Of a stretch of DNA of 64,000 nt, positions 40,502-49,823 are shown piece by piece. Position numbers and translations under genes: made by a program. The stretch comes from an uncultured Clostridia bacterium. GTDB lineage: Bacteria; Bacillota; Clostridia; TANB77; CAG-508. The notes under the pieces are model-generated. The model ran no database searches. It saw nothing but the letters and a program-made list of their open reading frames with translations, and was not told the origin of the DNA. Where the stretch lies: assembly GCA_934183305.1 (NCBI GenBank), contig CAKPSF010000001.1, positions 86,824 to 150,823 of the forward strand. The letters run 5' to 3'. The stretch's first letter is position 1, and each line of letters begins with the position of its first letter.

Positions 40502-43500
40502 TTAATCTATTACATATTTTTTAATTGTCCATACACCTGCTGCTAATATTGTTACTGATATAAATGTTAACCATATATATGTTTTCGCTCCTGCTGTTTT
40601 TATTGATAATATTACTTTTGCATCGTCTATATCGTCTTCGTCTTTTTTAAAGTTGTCTGGTGTTGAGTCTATATCATCTCCTGAGTCATCACTTATTTCA
40701 GCATAGTTTGTTTTTACTCCTAAGTTTGTTGCAGAGTTTTTCCATGTTAATACTATTTCTACTGTTGCACTTTCTCCTGGATTTAATAATGTATCTTTTA
40801 GTTTGTCTGTTACTACTTGACCATCTTTTAATTGTTTCCAATCTTTGTTATCTTCTTGTCTGAATTCTAGTCCATTAGGAATATAGTCTTTTACTTCGTA
40901 TGCATATCCAGCTGTTTCTCCTTCATTTATAACTTTTATGCTATATACAAATTTTACAGTTGTTTTATTTAAATTCTTAGCTACTATATCAACTTTTGCT
41001 ATATCGTCTGTATCTTCAGTAAATCCTGTTTTTGTAGTAGTTGTTTTTCCGTTAACAGTTACTCTTATTTCTGTTACCCATTTTTTAAGTGCTAAATCGA
41101 AGTATTTTACTTTAATATATTCTTTATCTAAATCGTCTTCTGTTTCAACATTATTATCTGGTACTGAGTCTATATCGTCTCCATTATCTTTTGATATTTC
41201 AGCTGTATTTACTATTATACTATTTGTTTTTCCTTCTGCTACAACTTTAAATGCAACTTTAACATCTTTATAGCTTAATACTTTTTGTCCATTTTCTTGA
41301 ACAAAGCCTTCTATAACTTCATCTTTTAATGCGTCAGAAACAATATATTTTGCTTTTGTAACATCTGTTACTTCATTTCCATTTTCATCAAGTGCTTTCC
41401 AATTATATTGTTTATTCATTTCGTTATCTGGTAAGAATTCTAATCCTTCTGGAATGTTATCTTTAATTTCTGTTGCAGTTCCTGCTTTTTGGCCTTCATT
41501 ATATACTCTTATTGTATAAATAATTACATCATTTGTTGTAACTATTACTGGGTCTTTTGTATGTTTATATGTTATGCTTCCATCTTCGTTAAATATAACT
41601 TCTGGATATCTATTGTTATAGTCTTCTTTGTTAACTTTTGTAATAAATTTTCTTAATGCTAAGTCAAAGTATTGTAGCTTTATTGGTTCGTAATCAATAT
41701 CGTCTTCGTTGTTTCCTGTTTCATAGTCATATTTTTCATCCCTGTTTGGAATTGAGTCTATATCTCTATCACTATCTGCTGATATTTGAGCTACGTTTTT
41801 AATTATATTGTCTTCTAATTTTTTAGCTGTTGCAACTACTTTAAATTGTACTTGTACATCTTTATAAGCTAAAACTTTATTTCCGTTTTCGTCTAATGAT
41901 ACAGCATTTATTTTATTTGCAACATCAACGTCTGATAAATAATCTGTAGTTATCATAACTGCTTCATCCAAGTTAGTTGTTTCGTTACCATCTTTATCTA
42001 GCATTTTCCATTTGTATGAAACATTTATTGAACTGTTTGGTAAGAATTCTAATCCCTCTGGCATGTCATCTGTTATTTCATTTGCAAAACCTGCTAAAGT
42101 TCCTTCATTATATATTCTTATTGTATAAGTTACTATGTCTCCAGTATTAACTATAACTGTTTCTTTTGAATGATTATATGTAGCTGTTGTTATTGTTTTA
42201 CCATTTAGTCCTTGTGTTCCTAATTTACTTGTATCTACAATTGGCTCTCTTGAATATGTTGTATCGTTAACTTTTGTAATGAATTTTCTTAATGCTAAGT
42301 CAAATTCTTTTACTATTAACTTTTCAAAGTCATCATCATCTTCTTGTCCTGGAATATATGTATTTTTGTCTGATGATAAAGCTTCTTCATTTTTATAATC
42401 TGATAAATTGCTATAATCTACATTTGCTAAACTTGAGTCTTTTCCATCTCCAATGTTTCCATTTATATCTTCTGCATTTGTGATTTCAGCTATATTTGTT
42501 AAATATTCATCTCCAACAACACTATCTGTTACTAAACATTTTATTTGAACTTCAATATAATCTAGTGTATCAGATCCTGGAACATATGCTTCAAGTTTTG
42601 TATCTTCAACAGTTTCATATCCTTCAATTAGTGAATATGTATCACTACTATCTTTTGAAGTTTTAGTTGTTTTTACTGTTTTTCCATTGTCTGTATATGT
42701 CCATCCCCAATCAAGGTTAAATTTAATTTCGTTTTGATATTTTGTAGCATCTATTCCATCTATTCCTTCTATAATAGGTAATAAGTTTTCTGGTAGATGA
42801 TCTGTTATTTCATTTACATATCCAGCAATTTCACCTTCGTTATATACTCTAATTTTATATGTTACAACATCACCTTTTTGTACTGCAATTGGTTGTTTGC
42901 TATGTTTATATGTTGCTGTTCCTGTAGTTTCAATTGTTGAAGTATCAACTATTGGTTCTCTTGAATATTTGGTTCCACTTATTTCTGTTATAAATTTTCT
43001 TAATGCTAAGTCAAAGCTTTTATGTGTATTTGTAATTGTAAATGTATCTTCGCTATATGTTGTTGTATATTCTGAGTTATATTTTTGATTGTTTTCTACT
43101 ACATTTCCGTTTTCATCTAATTCTTTTACAGTATATTCAATTTCTACACCATTTTCTTTTAATGGTAAATCTGTCCATGTGTATGTTAATTCATTTTCTT
43201 GCCAAATATTATCTTCACCAGCAGTTAATGTAATAGGTTCGCCATATGGTTCACCATTTTTATATAATTGGATTTTTATTACATTTGGTCTATTTACATA
43301 GTCTCCATCATTCCATTTTTTCACTACTGTTTTCGAAGTTTTATTTGGTTCATGTATATTGGTAATTTTAGTTGTATTTCCATCTACATCATATCTTATA
43401 TGATATCCTGCTGCTCCTTCTTCATTTGATACAACTGTGTCTCCAATTTTTATCTCTTTTACTGTATAGTTGATAGTTACACCATTTTCTTTTTCTGGTA

Positions 43501-45490
43501 ATCCTGTCCATGTATATGTCCAGCTATTTTCCATGTTTAAAACAACATCTTCTCCAACAGCTAAACCATTTGCATATAATCTAACTGTTATACTATCTGG
43601 TCTTATTCCATCAGAATTGTTATTATCGTCCCATGCTTTGGTTACTGTTTTATTTACTGTACCTGGTGTGTATTTGTTTGTTATTGTAAATGTATCGTCT
43701 GAATATGATACTGTATAATTATTCGGAACTGTTTCTTCAGTTGTATATTTTATTAGATTACCATTTTCATATTTAGGTAGATTATTCCATGTATATGTCC
43801 AACCATTTGAGGCATTTAATATAACATCACCATTAATTTGTTGTTTTATATTATTTACAGTTTTAAATAATTTAACTACTATTTCATTCGGTCTTGTTCC
43901 ATCTTGGTTGTTAGCATCATCCCATTTTTTCACTACTGTTTTTGATACTACTTCTGGAATATGTGTATTTGTTATTGTAGTTTTATCTCCAGATATAACA
44001 TATGTTGCTTTGTAGTTTGCATTTAAGCTTTCATTGTTTTCTACTGCTGTATTGTTTGAATTTAATTCTTTCACAGTGTATGTATATCCGCTTAATAATT
44101 TATCCCAAGTATACTTCCAATTATTTGAAGAATTTAAAGTTACACTTTCTCTATAAGCAATTCCATCTCTATATAATTGTACTTTTACTGAAGTAGGCCT
44201 TACACCATCTTGGTTATTAGCATCTTCCCATTTTTTCTCCACTTCAATTTTAGTTATATTAATTGGTATTTCAATTTTTAATGGAACTTCATGTTCTGTA
44301 TTTCTAATTATAATAACTGGTTGAACAGATTCTGGATCTGATGTATTAGTAGAGAATATTAAATCTCTTGTATCATATAAGTATGTTGCTTCAATAGTTA
44401 CAACTGTACTTGTTGTTATTTCACTCTTATCAATTCTTAAATAAAAATTATTATTCATTACTTTTGAGAAGTCATTTTCTGATACTACATTTCCTGAAGC
44501 ATCAAGTAATGTATAATTTTTATTAACACTAAATTCTATTGATTTTGCATATTCTGCATTTTCTGCTGATAAATAATATGGACCAACAGTATAGTCATTT
44601 TCATTTTCTTTAACTACACTATTAGCTCCAGTTATTTTAATCACTGGTGTTTTTCTTGTGTAATCTGCATTCTCATTTGCATTTGTTATAAAATAATTAT
44701 ATAAATCTCTTGCTTTTGAAGCCCTTTTAGCACCGGTTATTGCTCTACCATATTTATCCGTTCCTACTGTTACTGATGACATCTCATGGCCATTTAAATA
44801 AAGGTTTGGTAAATTTTCGTTATGATATATACTATCATCTTCATTGGTAAAATACCATATTGCCATTTGTTGAACTACTTCTATATCGTCTTCTGTTAAA
44901 TTGTATAATACTTCATTGTCAATAGTTATACCTGTTTTTTTCATAAAAGCCTTATATGCATCTGATGTTTGATAATTTTCATTTCCTGTTGCTATATAAG
45001 AATTATCGGCAATCCACATAATCTTGTTATAATTTTTTATTAAATCTCCGCTTGCATAGCTTTCAATTCTTGATTTATTTGTTTCTTCCGCCATATCAAG
45101 TTCAATGTTGTAAATGCCATTTTTTTCTCTCATTTCACCATTAAATTGGAATCCTCTTCTAGCATTTAAACAATACATTCCATCTTTTATATTCCAATTT
45201 GGCGTTGTTGCAGTTAAAGAAGAATATTGTGCAACTTTCCACACATTGCTTCCTTCACCAACTGTTGGAACATTCCATTGATAGAAATTTCCAGAAGCCC
45301 TGTTCTTTACTATTCCTATTACTTTTGATGTGGTTGTATTATTGCTTGAAGCTCTAACAACATTGGCTCTATTCAATGTTAAATTACTAAATGCTGATGT
45401 TATTTCAATTGCTTTTGTTTCTTTAAATCCAAAACACATCAATGTTACTAGTATAATTGCAAATAATCTTAATAATTTACTCTTCTTCAT
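40502..45490 (-). CDS. 1662-aa cell-surface adhesin-like protein: signal peptide, N-terminal domain, 4-5 Cna-B-type repeats, 4 DUF11-type repeats, C-terminal hydrophobic anchor + KKYVID tail
   Basis: Repeats VVKKWDDANNQDGTRPNEIVVKLF (Cna B) and FDLALRKFITKV...YSREPIVD (DUF11-like); no canonical LPXTG but IKTAGAKT precedes the C-terminal TM segment. Confidence 0.7.
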   Translation of the reverse strand: MKKSKLLRLFAIILVTLMCFGFKETKAIEITSAFSNLTLNRANVVRASSNNTTTSKVIGIVKNRASGNFYQWNVPTVGEGSNVWKVAQYSSLTATTPNWNIKDGMYCLNARRGFQFNGEMREKNGIYNIELDMAEETNKSRIESYASGDLIKNYNKIMWIADNSYIATGNENYQTSDAYKAFMKKTGITIDNEVLYNLTEDDIEVVQQMAIWYFTNEDDSIYHNENLPNLYLNGHEMSSVTVGTDKYGRAITGAKRASKARDLYNYFITNANENADYTRKTPVIKITGANSVVKENENDYTVGPYYLSAENAEYAKSIEFSVNKNYTLLDASGNVVSENDFSKVMNNNFYLRIDKSEITTSTVVTIEATYLYDTRDLIFSTNTSDPESVQPVIIIRNTEHEVPLKIEIPINITKIEVEKKWEDANNQDGVRPTSVKVQLYRDGIAYRESVTLNSSNNWKYTWDKLLSGYTYTVKELNSNNTAVENNESLNANYKATYVISGDKTTITNTHIPEVVSKTVVKKWDDANNQDGTRPNEIVVKLFKTVNNIKQQINGDVILNASNGWTYTWNNLPKYENGNLIKYTTEETVPNNYTVSYSDDTFTITNKYTPGTVNKTVTKAWDDNNNSDGIRPDSITVRLYANGLAVGEDVVLNMENSWTYTWTGLPEKENGVTINYTVKEIKIGDTVVSNEEGAAGYHIRYDVDGNTTKITNIHEPNKTSKTVVKKWNDGDYVNRPNVIKIQLYKNGEPYGEPITLTAGEDNIWQENELTYTWTDLPLKENGVEIEYTVKELDENGNVVENNQKYNSEYTTTYSEDTFTITNTHKSFDLALRKFITEISGTKYSREPIVDTSTIETTGTATYKHSKQPIAVQKGDVVTYKIRVYNEGEIAGYVNEITDHLPENLLPIIEGIDGIDATKYQNEIKFNLDWGWTYTDNGKTVKTTKTSKDSSDTYSLIEGYETVEDTKLEAYVPGSDTLDYIEVQIKCLVTDSVVGDEYLTNIAEITNAEDINGNIGDGKDSSLANVDYSNLSDYKNEEALSSDKNTYIPGQEDDDDFEKLIVKEFDLALRKFITKVNDTTYSREPIVDTSKLGTQGLNGKTITTATYNHSKETVIVNTGDIVTYTIRIYNEGTLAGFANEITDDMPEGLEFLPNSSINVSYKWKMLDKDGNETTNLDEAVMITTDYLSDVDVANKINAVSLDENGNKVLAYKDVQVQFKVVATAKKLEDNIIKNVAQISADSDRDIDSIPNRDEKYDYETGNNEDDIDYEPIKLQYFDLALRKFITKVNKEDYNNRYPEVIFNEDGSITYKHTKDPVIVTTNDVIIYTIRVYNEGQKAGTATEIKDNIPEGLEFLPDNEMNKQYNWKALDENGNEVTDVTKAKYIVSDALKDEVIEGFVQENGQKVLSYKDVKVAFKVVAEGKTNSIIVNTAEISKDNGDDIDSVPDNNVETEDDLDKEYIKVKYFDLALKKWVTEIRVTVNGKTTTTKTGFTEDTDDIAKVDIVAKNLNKTTVKFVYSIKVINEGETAGYAYEVKDYIPNGLEFRQEDNKDWKQLKDGQVVTDKLKDTLLNPGESATVEIVLTWKNSATNLGVKTNYAEISDDSGDDIDSTPDNFKKDEDDIDDAKVILSIKTAGAKTYIWLTFISVTILAAGVWTIKKYVID

Positions 45491-45804
45491 TTTTTACCTC
45501 TCTTGGAATTATATTTTAATATATTATATATAATATATTAATGTTTTTTAAAATATAAGTCAATAGGCTATTTTTCCATATTTCAAGAGCTTTACAAAAC
45601 TCTTTTATAAAGCTCTACGGAAGCTATTTTTCACAGATTAGCATACTCAAAATAGCCATATATTACAATTATATAACATTTTAAATTATTTTTCAACAGA
45701 TTATGTAAAAAAGATTTGGAAAAATCAAGCTTGCGTAAGGCTTTGAGGATTTTTTATGGAAAAAATTACATTTTTATTCCTTCATTGTAGATTTGTTTCA
45801 ACAA

Positions 45805-45833
45805 AAAAGCAACCCAAAAGGGTTGCTTTTTGT
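45805..45833. terminator. terminator hairpin (AAAAAAGCAACCC/GGGTTGCTTTTT) 3' of the tRNA pair
   Basis: 9-bp GC-containing stem, loop AAAAG, flanking A/T runs. Confidence 0.65.
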
Positions 45834-45908
45834 TGGAGGCGAGTATCGGAATCGAACCGATGAATCAGAGTTTTGCAGACTCGTGCCTTACCGCTTGGCT
45901 AACTCGCC
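45834..45908 (-). tRNA. tRNA-Cys (anticodon GCA)
   Basis: Hand-folded cloverleaf: acceptor GGCGAGT/ACTCGCC, D-arm GCC-AAGCGGTAA-GGC, anticodon loop CU-GCA-AA, T-arm ATCGG-TTCGATT-CCGAT, discriminator U73 (Cys identity), encoded CCA; one C-U mismatch at pair 27-43. Confidence 0.8.
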
Positions 45909-45922
45909 ATATAAAGATAAAA

Positions 45923-45998
45923 TGGAGCGGGAAACGGGGCTCAAACCCGCGACCTCTGCCTTGGCAAGGCAGCGCTCTATCAACTGAGCTATTCCCGC
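45923..45998 (-). tRNA. tRNA-Gly (anticodon GCC)
   Basis: GCGGGAATAGCTCAGTTGATAGAGCG-CTGCC-TTGCCAA-GGCAG-AGGTC-GCGGGTTTGAGCCCCGT-TTCCCGC-T-CCA; canonical cloverleaf, encoded CCA. Confidence 0.88.
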
Positions 45999-46080
45999 AT
46001 TAAATATAACATTAATATAATAGCAGATTTTTCCCTTTTCGTCAAGTAAAAGTTTATATAATTTGCAATTAAAATTAATC

Positions 46081-47325
46081 TTATATTGTTTTCTCTAAAT
46101 AATCTTTATAATTTTTAAATATTTCATATATGTAATTTTCTATCCCTTTTTTCTTTATTTCTTCTTTTATAATTATATTAATTTCTAATATACACTTCTT
46201 CTCATAACTAACTGTTAATTTTCCTATTATAGCTCCATTTTTTACTGGTGCTTCTAAATTTCTGTTTACATCTATTTGTACATTTATCTTTTGACTTGTA
46301 TTGTTTTTTATAGGATAGTTTTTTATATTATATTCTTCTAATCCTATTTTTATGTCTGTCTTTATTCCTTTATTTATATTAATTCTGTTTTCATTTATCC
46401 TCTTCCATTTGCCAAACTCTTCTTCAATACTTTTGCTTATATCTTCACTTGTATAGTTTTTAAAAGTATACTCTATAAGCTTGACACTGTCAGCAGTTCT
46501 TATTTTTTTAGTATCTGCACCCAAAACAACACATATTACATCTAAATTATCACGTTTAATAGAAGTAACTAAGCATCTACCAGCACCATTAGTAAATCCT
46601 GTTTTTACACCATATACACCATTTAAATTTCCTAGTAATTCATTTGTATTTGATATTATTCTTGGAACACCATTTATATTTATAGTACAACTTTTAGTTC
46701 CAACAATATTTCTAAATGTTTTATTACCTAAAGCATAATTAGCTAACTTTGCAAGTTCATATGGCGTTGTATAATGATTATCTGAATCTAGTCCATGTGG
46801 AGTTTCAAAATGTGTATTTTCTAATCCTAATTCATTTGCTTTTTTATTCATAAAAGTTGCAAAGCCTTCCACACTGCCTCCAACATATTCAGCAAGTGCT
46901 ACTGCCGCATCATTTCCTGACCTTAACATTAATCCATATAATAAATCATTTACACTTATTTTATCACCTTTTTTAAACTTTAATTTAGAACCTCCTGTAC
47001 CAGCAGCTTTTGCAGACATTTCAACAATATTGCTCAAGTTTGTGTTTTCGAGCACAACAATACACGTCATAATTTTAGTTGTTGATGCCATTTTTGTTTT
47101 GCTATATTCATTCTTTCCATAAATTACTGCACCACTATTTCTATCTAAAACAACAGCAAATCTCGAATTGATTTTAGGTAACTCATCAATTTTTGACACT
47201 GTCTCAATAACTTTATTAATTCCTTTAACGTCCACCGTATCTATCTCATCATCTGCGTAACTTACTGTTACATAACTCAAACACAATATTAATGCAATGC
47301 CTATACTTATTATTCTTTTAAACAC
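46081..47325 (-). CDS. D-alanyl-D-alanine carboxypeptidase (S11, PBP5/DacF-like)
   Basis: Signal peptide; SxxK (ASTTKIMT), SGN (RSGND), KTG (KTGFT) motifs; C-terminal PBP5 domain; 414 aa. Confidence 0.8.
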   Translation of the reverse strand: MFKRIISIGIALILCLSYVTVSYADDEIDTVDVKGINKVIETVSKIDELPKINSRFAVVLDRNSGAVIYGKNEYSKTKMASTTKIMTCIVVLENTNLSNIVEMSAKAAGTGGSKLKFKKGDKISVNDLLYGLMLRSGNDAAVALAEYVGGSVEGFATFMNKKANELGLENTHFETPHGLDSDNHYTTPYELAKLANYALGNKTFRNIVGTKSCTININGVPRIISNTNELLGNLNGVYGVKTGFTNGAGRCLVTSIKRDNLDVICVVLGADTKKIRTADSVKLIEYTFKNYTSEDISKSIEEEFGKWKRINENRININKGIKTDIKIGLEEYNIKNYPIKNNTSQKINVQIDVNRNLEAPVKNGAIIGKLTVSYEKKCILEINIIIKEEIKKKGIENYIYEIFKNYKDYLEKTI

Positions 47326-47374
47326 AAAAACTCACCTATACGAATTGTATTCGTAAAAGGTAAGTTTATGATAA

Positions 47375-48379
47375 TTACACAATATATTTAATTTCGTTAT
47401 TAGGAAAATACTTATGCATAAGTTCCTCCATATACTTTTGCGCTTCTGCTTTTACACTTGGTTTATATGCATACTTTCCCTTGCCTCTACCCGTCATAAT
47501 TTCCTTGTTATATAATTCAATTGCATTTGGAAACGCATCGTGATTTATTGCATTATGCACAAAACTATACGTCATAAATATCAATTCAAAAAACACTTCT
47601 TTTTTAGCTTTTTCAGATAATTTTTCACTTAACTGTTGTAGTAATTTTTCATATAATTCTTGCCAGTTTTCAACCAGAATTATTGGTGCAATTAAAATAC
47701 CAACAATATATCCCGCTTCCACTAATTTATTTATTGCATCAAGCCTTCCACTTAATCTTGACGTTCCAAATTCAATTTTATTAATTATATCTTCTGGATT
47801 AACACTCATTCTAACTATTATTTTTCTATTATGGTTTAGATTTAAAATAGGATCAACCATATCAAATTTTGTTGGAAATGTAAGCATTCCTTTATTTTGA
47901 TTTTTAAAATTTTCTATTGTCCACTCTAAATTACCCGTAATTGTATTTTCTAGAATTAAATCGCTATTACTTCCTATTTCAAATACTAGATTTTTCTCTG
48001 CTTTATCTGCAGTCTTTTTTATTTTATCTAACATATATTCTCTGTTTACAAATAGTCTTAAATATGCACATTTATTATAATTACAAACTAGATAACAATA
48101 CATACACATTGCAATACATCCAGAAGAAGTATATGGCACAAGAAAATCTGAAACTTTATGATTTGGAACATATTTATGTGTTTTTCTTGTTGCAATAACT
48201 AAGTTTCTTTTCATATATGGAAATTCTTTATTTTGTTTTTTTCTCATCTGTTCTATATTATTATGATTTTCAATTTCAATCATTGGGATATTTTGTTTTT
48301 TATAGTTATCTAGTAACCTCTTTCCAAATTCATATTCATATGATTTGGGTTCAAAAAAAATAGCATCCGGTATAAACAT
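47375..48379 (-). CDS. splB: spore photoproduct lyase (radical SAM)
   Basis: 334 aa; CxxxCxxC radical-SAM motif (CIAMCMYC); SplB-like length and organisation. Confidence 0.75.
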   Translation of the reverse strand: MFIPDAIFFEPKSYEYEFGKRLLDNYKKQNIPMIEIENHNNIEQMRKKQNKEFPYMKRNLVIATRKTHKYVPNHKVSDFLVPYTSSGCIAMCMYCYLVCNYNKCAYLRLFVNREYMLDKIKKTADKAEKNLVFEIGSNSDLILENTITGNLEWTIENFKNQNKGMLTFPTKFDMVDPILNLNHNRKIIVRMSVNPEDIINKIEFGTSRLSGRLDAINKLVEAGYIVGILIAPIILVENWQELYEKLLQQLSEKLSEKAKKEVFFELIFMTYSFVHNAINHDAFPNAIELYNKEIMTGRGKGKYAYKPSVKAEAQKYMEELMHKYFPNNEIKYIV

Positions 48380-48434
48380 ATATTTTTTCTCCTTTTAATA
48401 TATGTTTACCAAATGCTATCAAAATATTAACAAA

Positions 48435-49823
48435 TTATTCAAAACTAAATGACATTGTGTAATTCATTCCATCTTTTATGCTTACTACAACTGTAAGCTC
48501 TTTGCTTTCATTATTATTTCTTAAATTAATTATTTCACATTTAAACAAATTGTAATTTTCTTCTTGGTATATATCTATTATGCTTAAATCATTCAAATAA
48601 TAGAAGTTTTTATTTATATATGTTTTTAAAGCTTCAATGGTTTTAAAGTTATTATTTTTAAAAGTACTATCTAGGTTATTGTATATTGATTTATAATCTT
48701 TTGCATTTATTTTTTGTATTAAAGCTTCAACTTGATATTTAGATTTACTTAATTCTGTAGCATCTTGGTATTCTTTCTTTGTTGATTCTGGCAATATTGT
48801 ATAATTATCTAAAAAGAATGAATATCTCATTATTCCATTTTGTTCTCTAAAGATATAAGTATTATTATATCTATCTACACATTTATAATCTATATAATTA
48901 TTATTTGTCTCAATTCCATATTTAGATAACTGCATTAATTGTATAGTTTCCTTGTTATCTATTAAATAACTCTCAAATTCATTTTTGCTACCAAATCTTT
49001 TACTGCTATATTCCGAATCCAACTTATTATATGCATCATCTTTATAATATAATAACAATTCTTTTAAATTTTCAAAATACTTATTTACCATTTCATCATC
49101 TTCAACTTTTATGTAAGAAAATGTGTTATTATTTCTATTATTAATATCTTCTTTATTGTAGTTTGAGACTACCTCACCAATTTTAATTTTATCAATTCCA
49201 TTGTCCTGTATATATTGATAAGGATATAAATTATATAATTTATTAACTGAATCAACTTCAATCATTGCTTTAATACTAAATATTATATTTTTTCCAACTA
49301 TTCTACATTTACCATTTACTATGTATAAAGATGTAGAACTATCTAATTGAACTGTTGTCATATCAGTAACTGTATATTTATAATATTGATAGTTATTATC
49401 CTTTTCAGGAACTGTTAATTTATCAAAAATATTATTTTTAGTTATGTTATATTTATTTATATACTCTGGTGATAAAATTGACATTAATTTATTTTCATTT
49501 TTATTTTCAAGTATGCTAATATAATTATCAACTATTGATACCATTGTAAAATAATCTGATCTATTATTAACATATTCTAGTTTATTATTTATTTCGTTTG
49601 AATATGGTATATTACTATAATCCCCATCTTTAGGCATTTGTTCAGATGTTTGTGTATTGTTATAATCCACATTTGTATTATTAGATATATTATTTCCACT
49701 AATAATATTGTCAGGATTTTTCTTATTTAATAATAAAATCATTCCTAAAAGTATAATAATTAGTATCATAATAATTATCATACACAATATAATTTTATTT
49801 TTTTTGTCCATATAACCCTCCAC
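48435..49823 (-). CDS. T4SS-cluster bitopic membrane protein (462 aa, N/Y-rich extracytoplasmic domain), unknown function
   Basis: N-terminal TM anchor; last gene of the operon, 0-nt gap to the hydrolase gene. Confidence 0.45.
   Translation of the reverse strand: MEGYMDKKNKIILCMIIIMILIIILLGMILLLNKKNPDNIISGNNISNNTNVDYNNTQTSEQMPKDGDYSNIPYSNEINNKLEYVNNRSDYFTMVSIVDNYISILENKNENKLMSILSPEYINKYNITKNNIFDKLTVPEKDNNYQYYKYTVTDMTTVQLDSSTSLYIVNGKCRIVGKNIIFSIKAMIEVDSVNKLYNLYPYQYIQDNGIDKIKIGEVVSNYNKEDINNRNNNTFSYIKVEDDEMVNKYFENLKELLLYYKDDAYNKLDSEYSSKRFGSKNEFESYLIDNKETIQLMQLSKYGIETNNNYIDYKCVDRYNNTYIFREQNGIMRYSFFLDNYTILPESTKKEYQDATELSKSKYQVEALIQKINAKDYKSIYNNLDSTFKNNNFKTIEALKTYINKNFYYLNDLSIIDIYQEENYNLFKCEIINLRNNNESKELTVVVSIKDGMNYTMSFSFE

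Noticed and set aside
40502-45490. Extensive internal DNA repeats suggestive of a mobile or repetitive element
   Set aside because: Periodicity corresponds to in-frame protein domain repeats (Cna B, DUF11) within one intact 1662-codon ORF
45793-45987. 64-aa + strand ORF
   Set aside because: Entirely overlaps the tRNA-Cys/tRNA-Gly genes and their terminator; it is an artefact of GC-rich tRNA sequence
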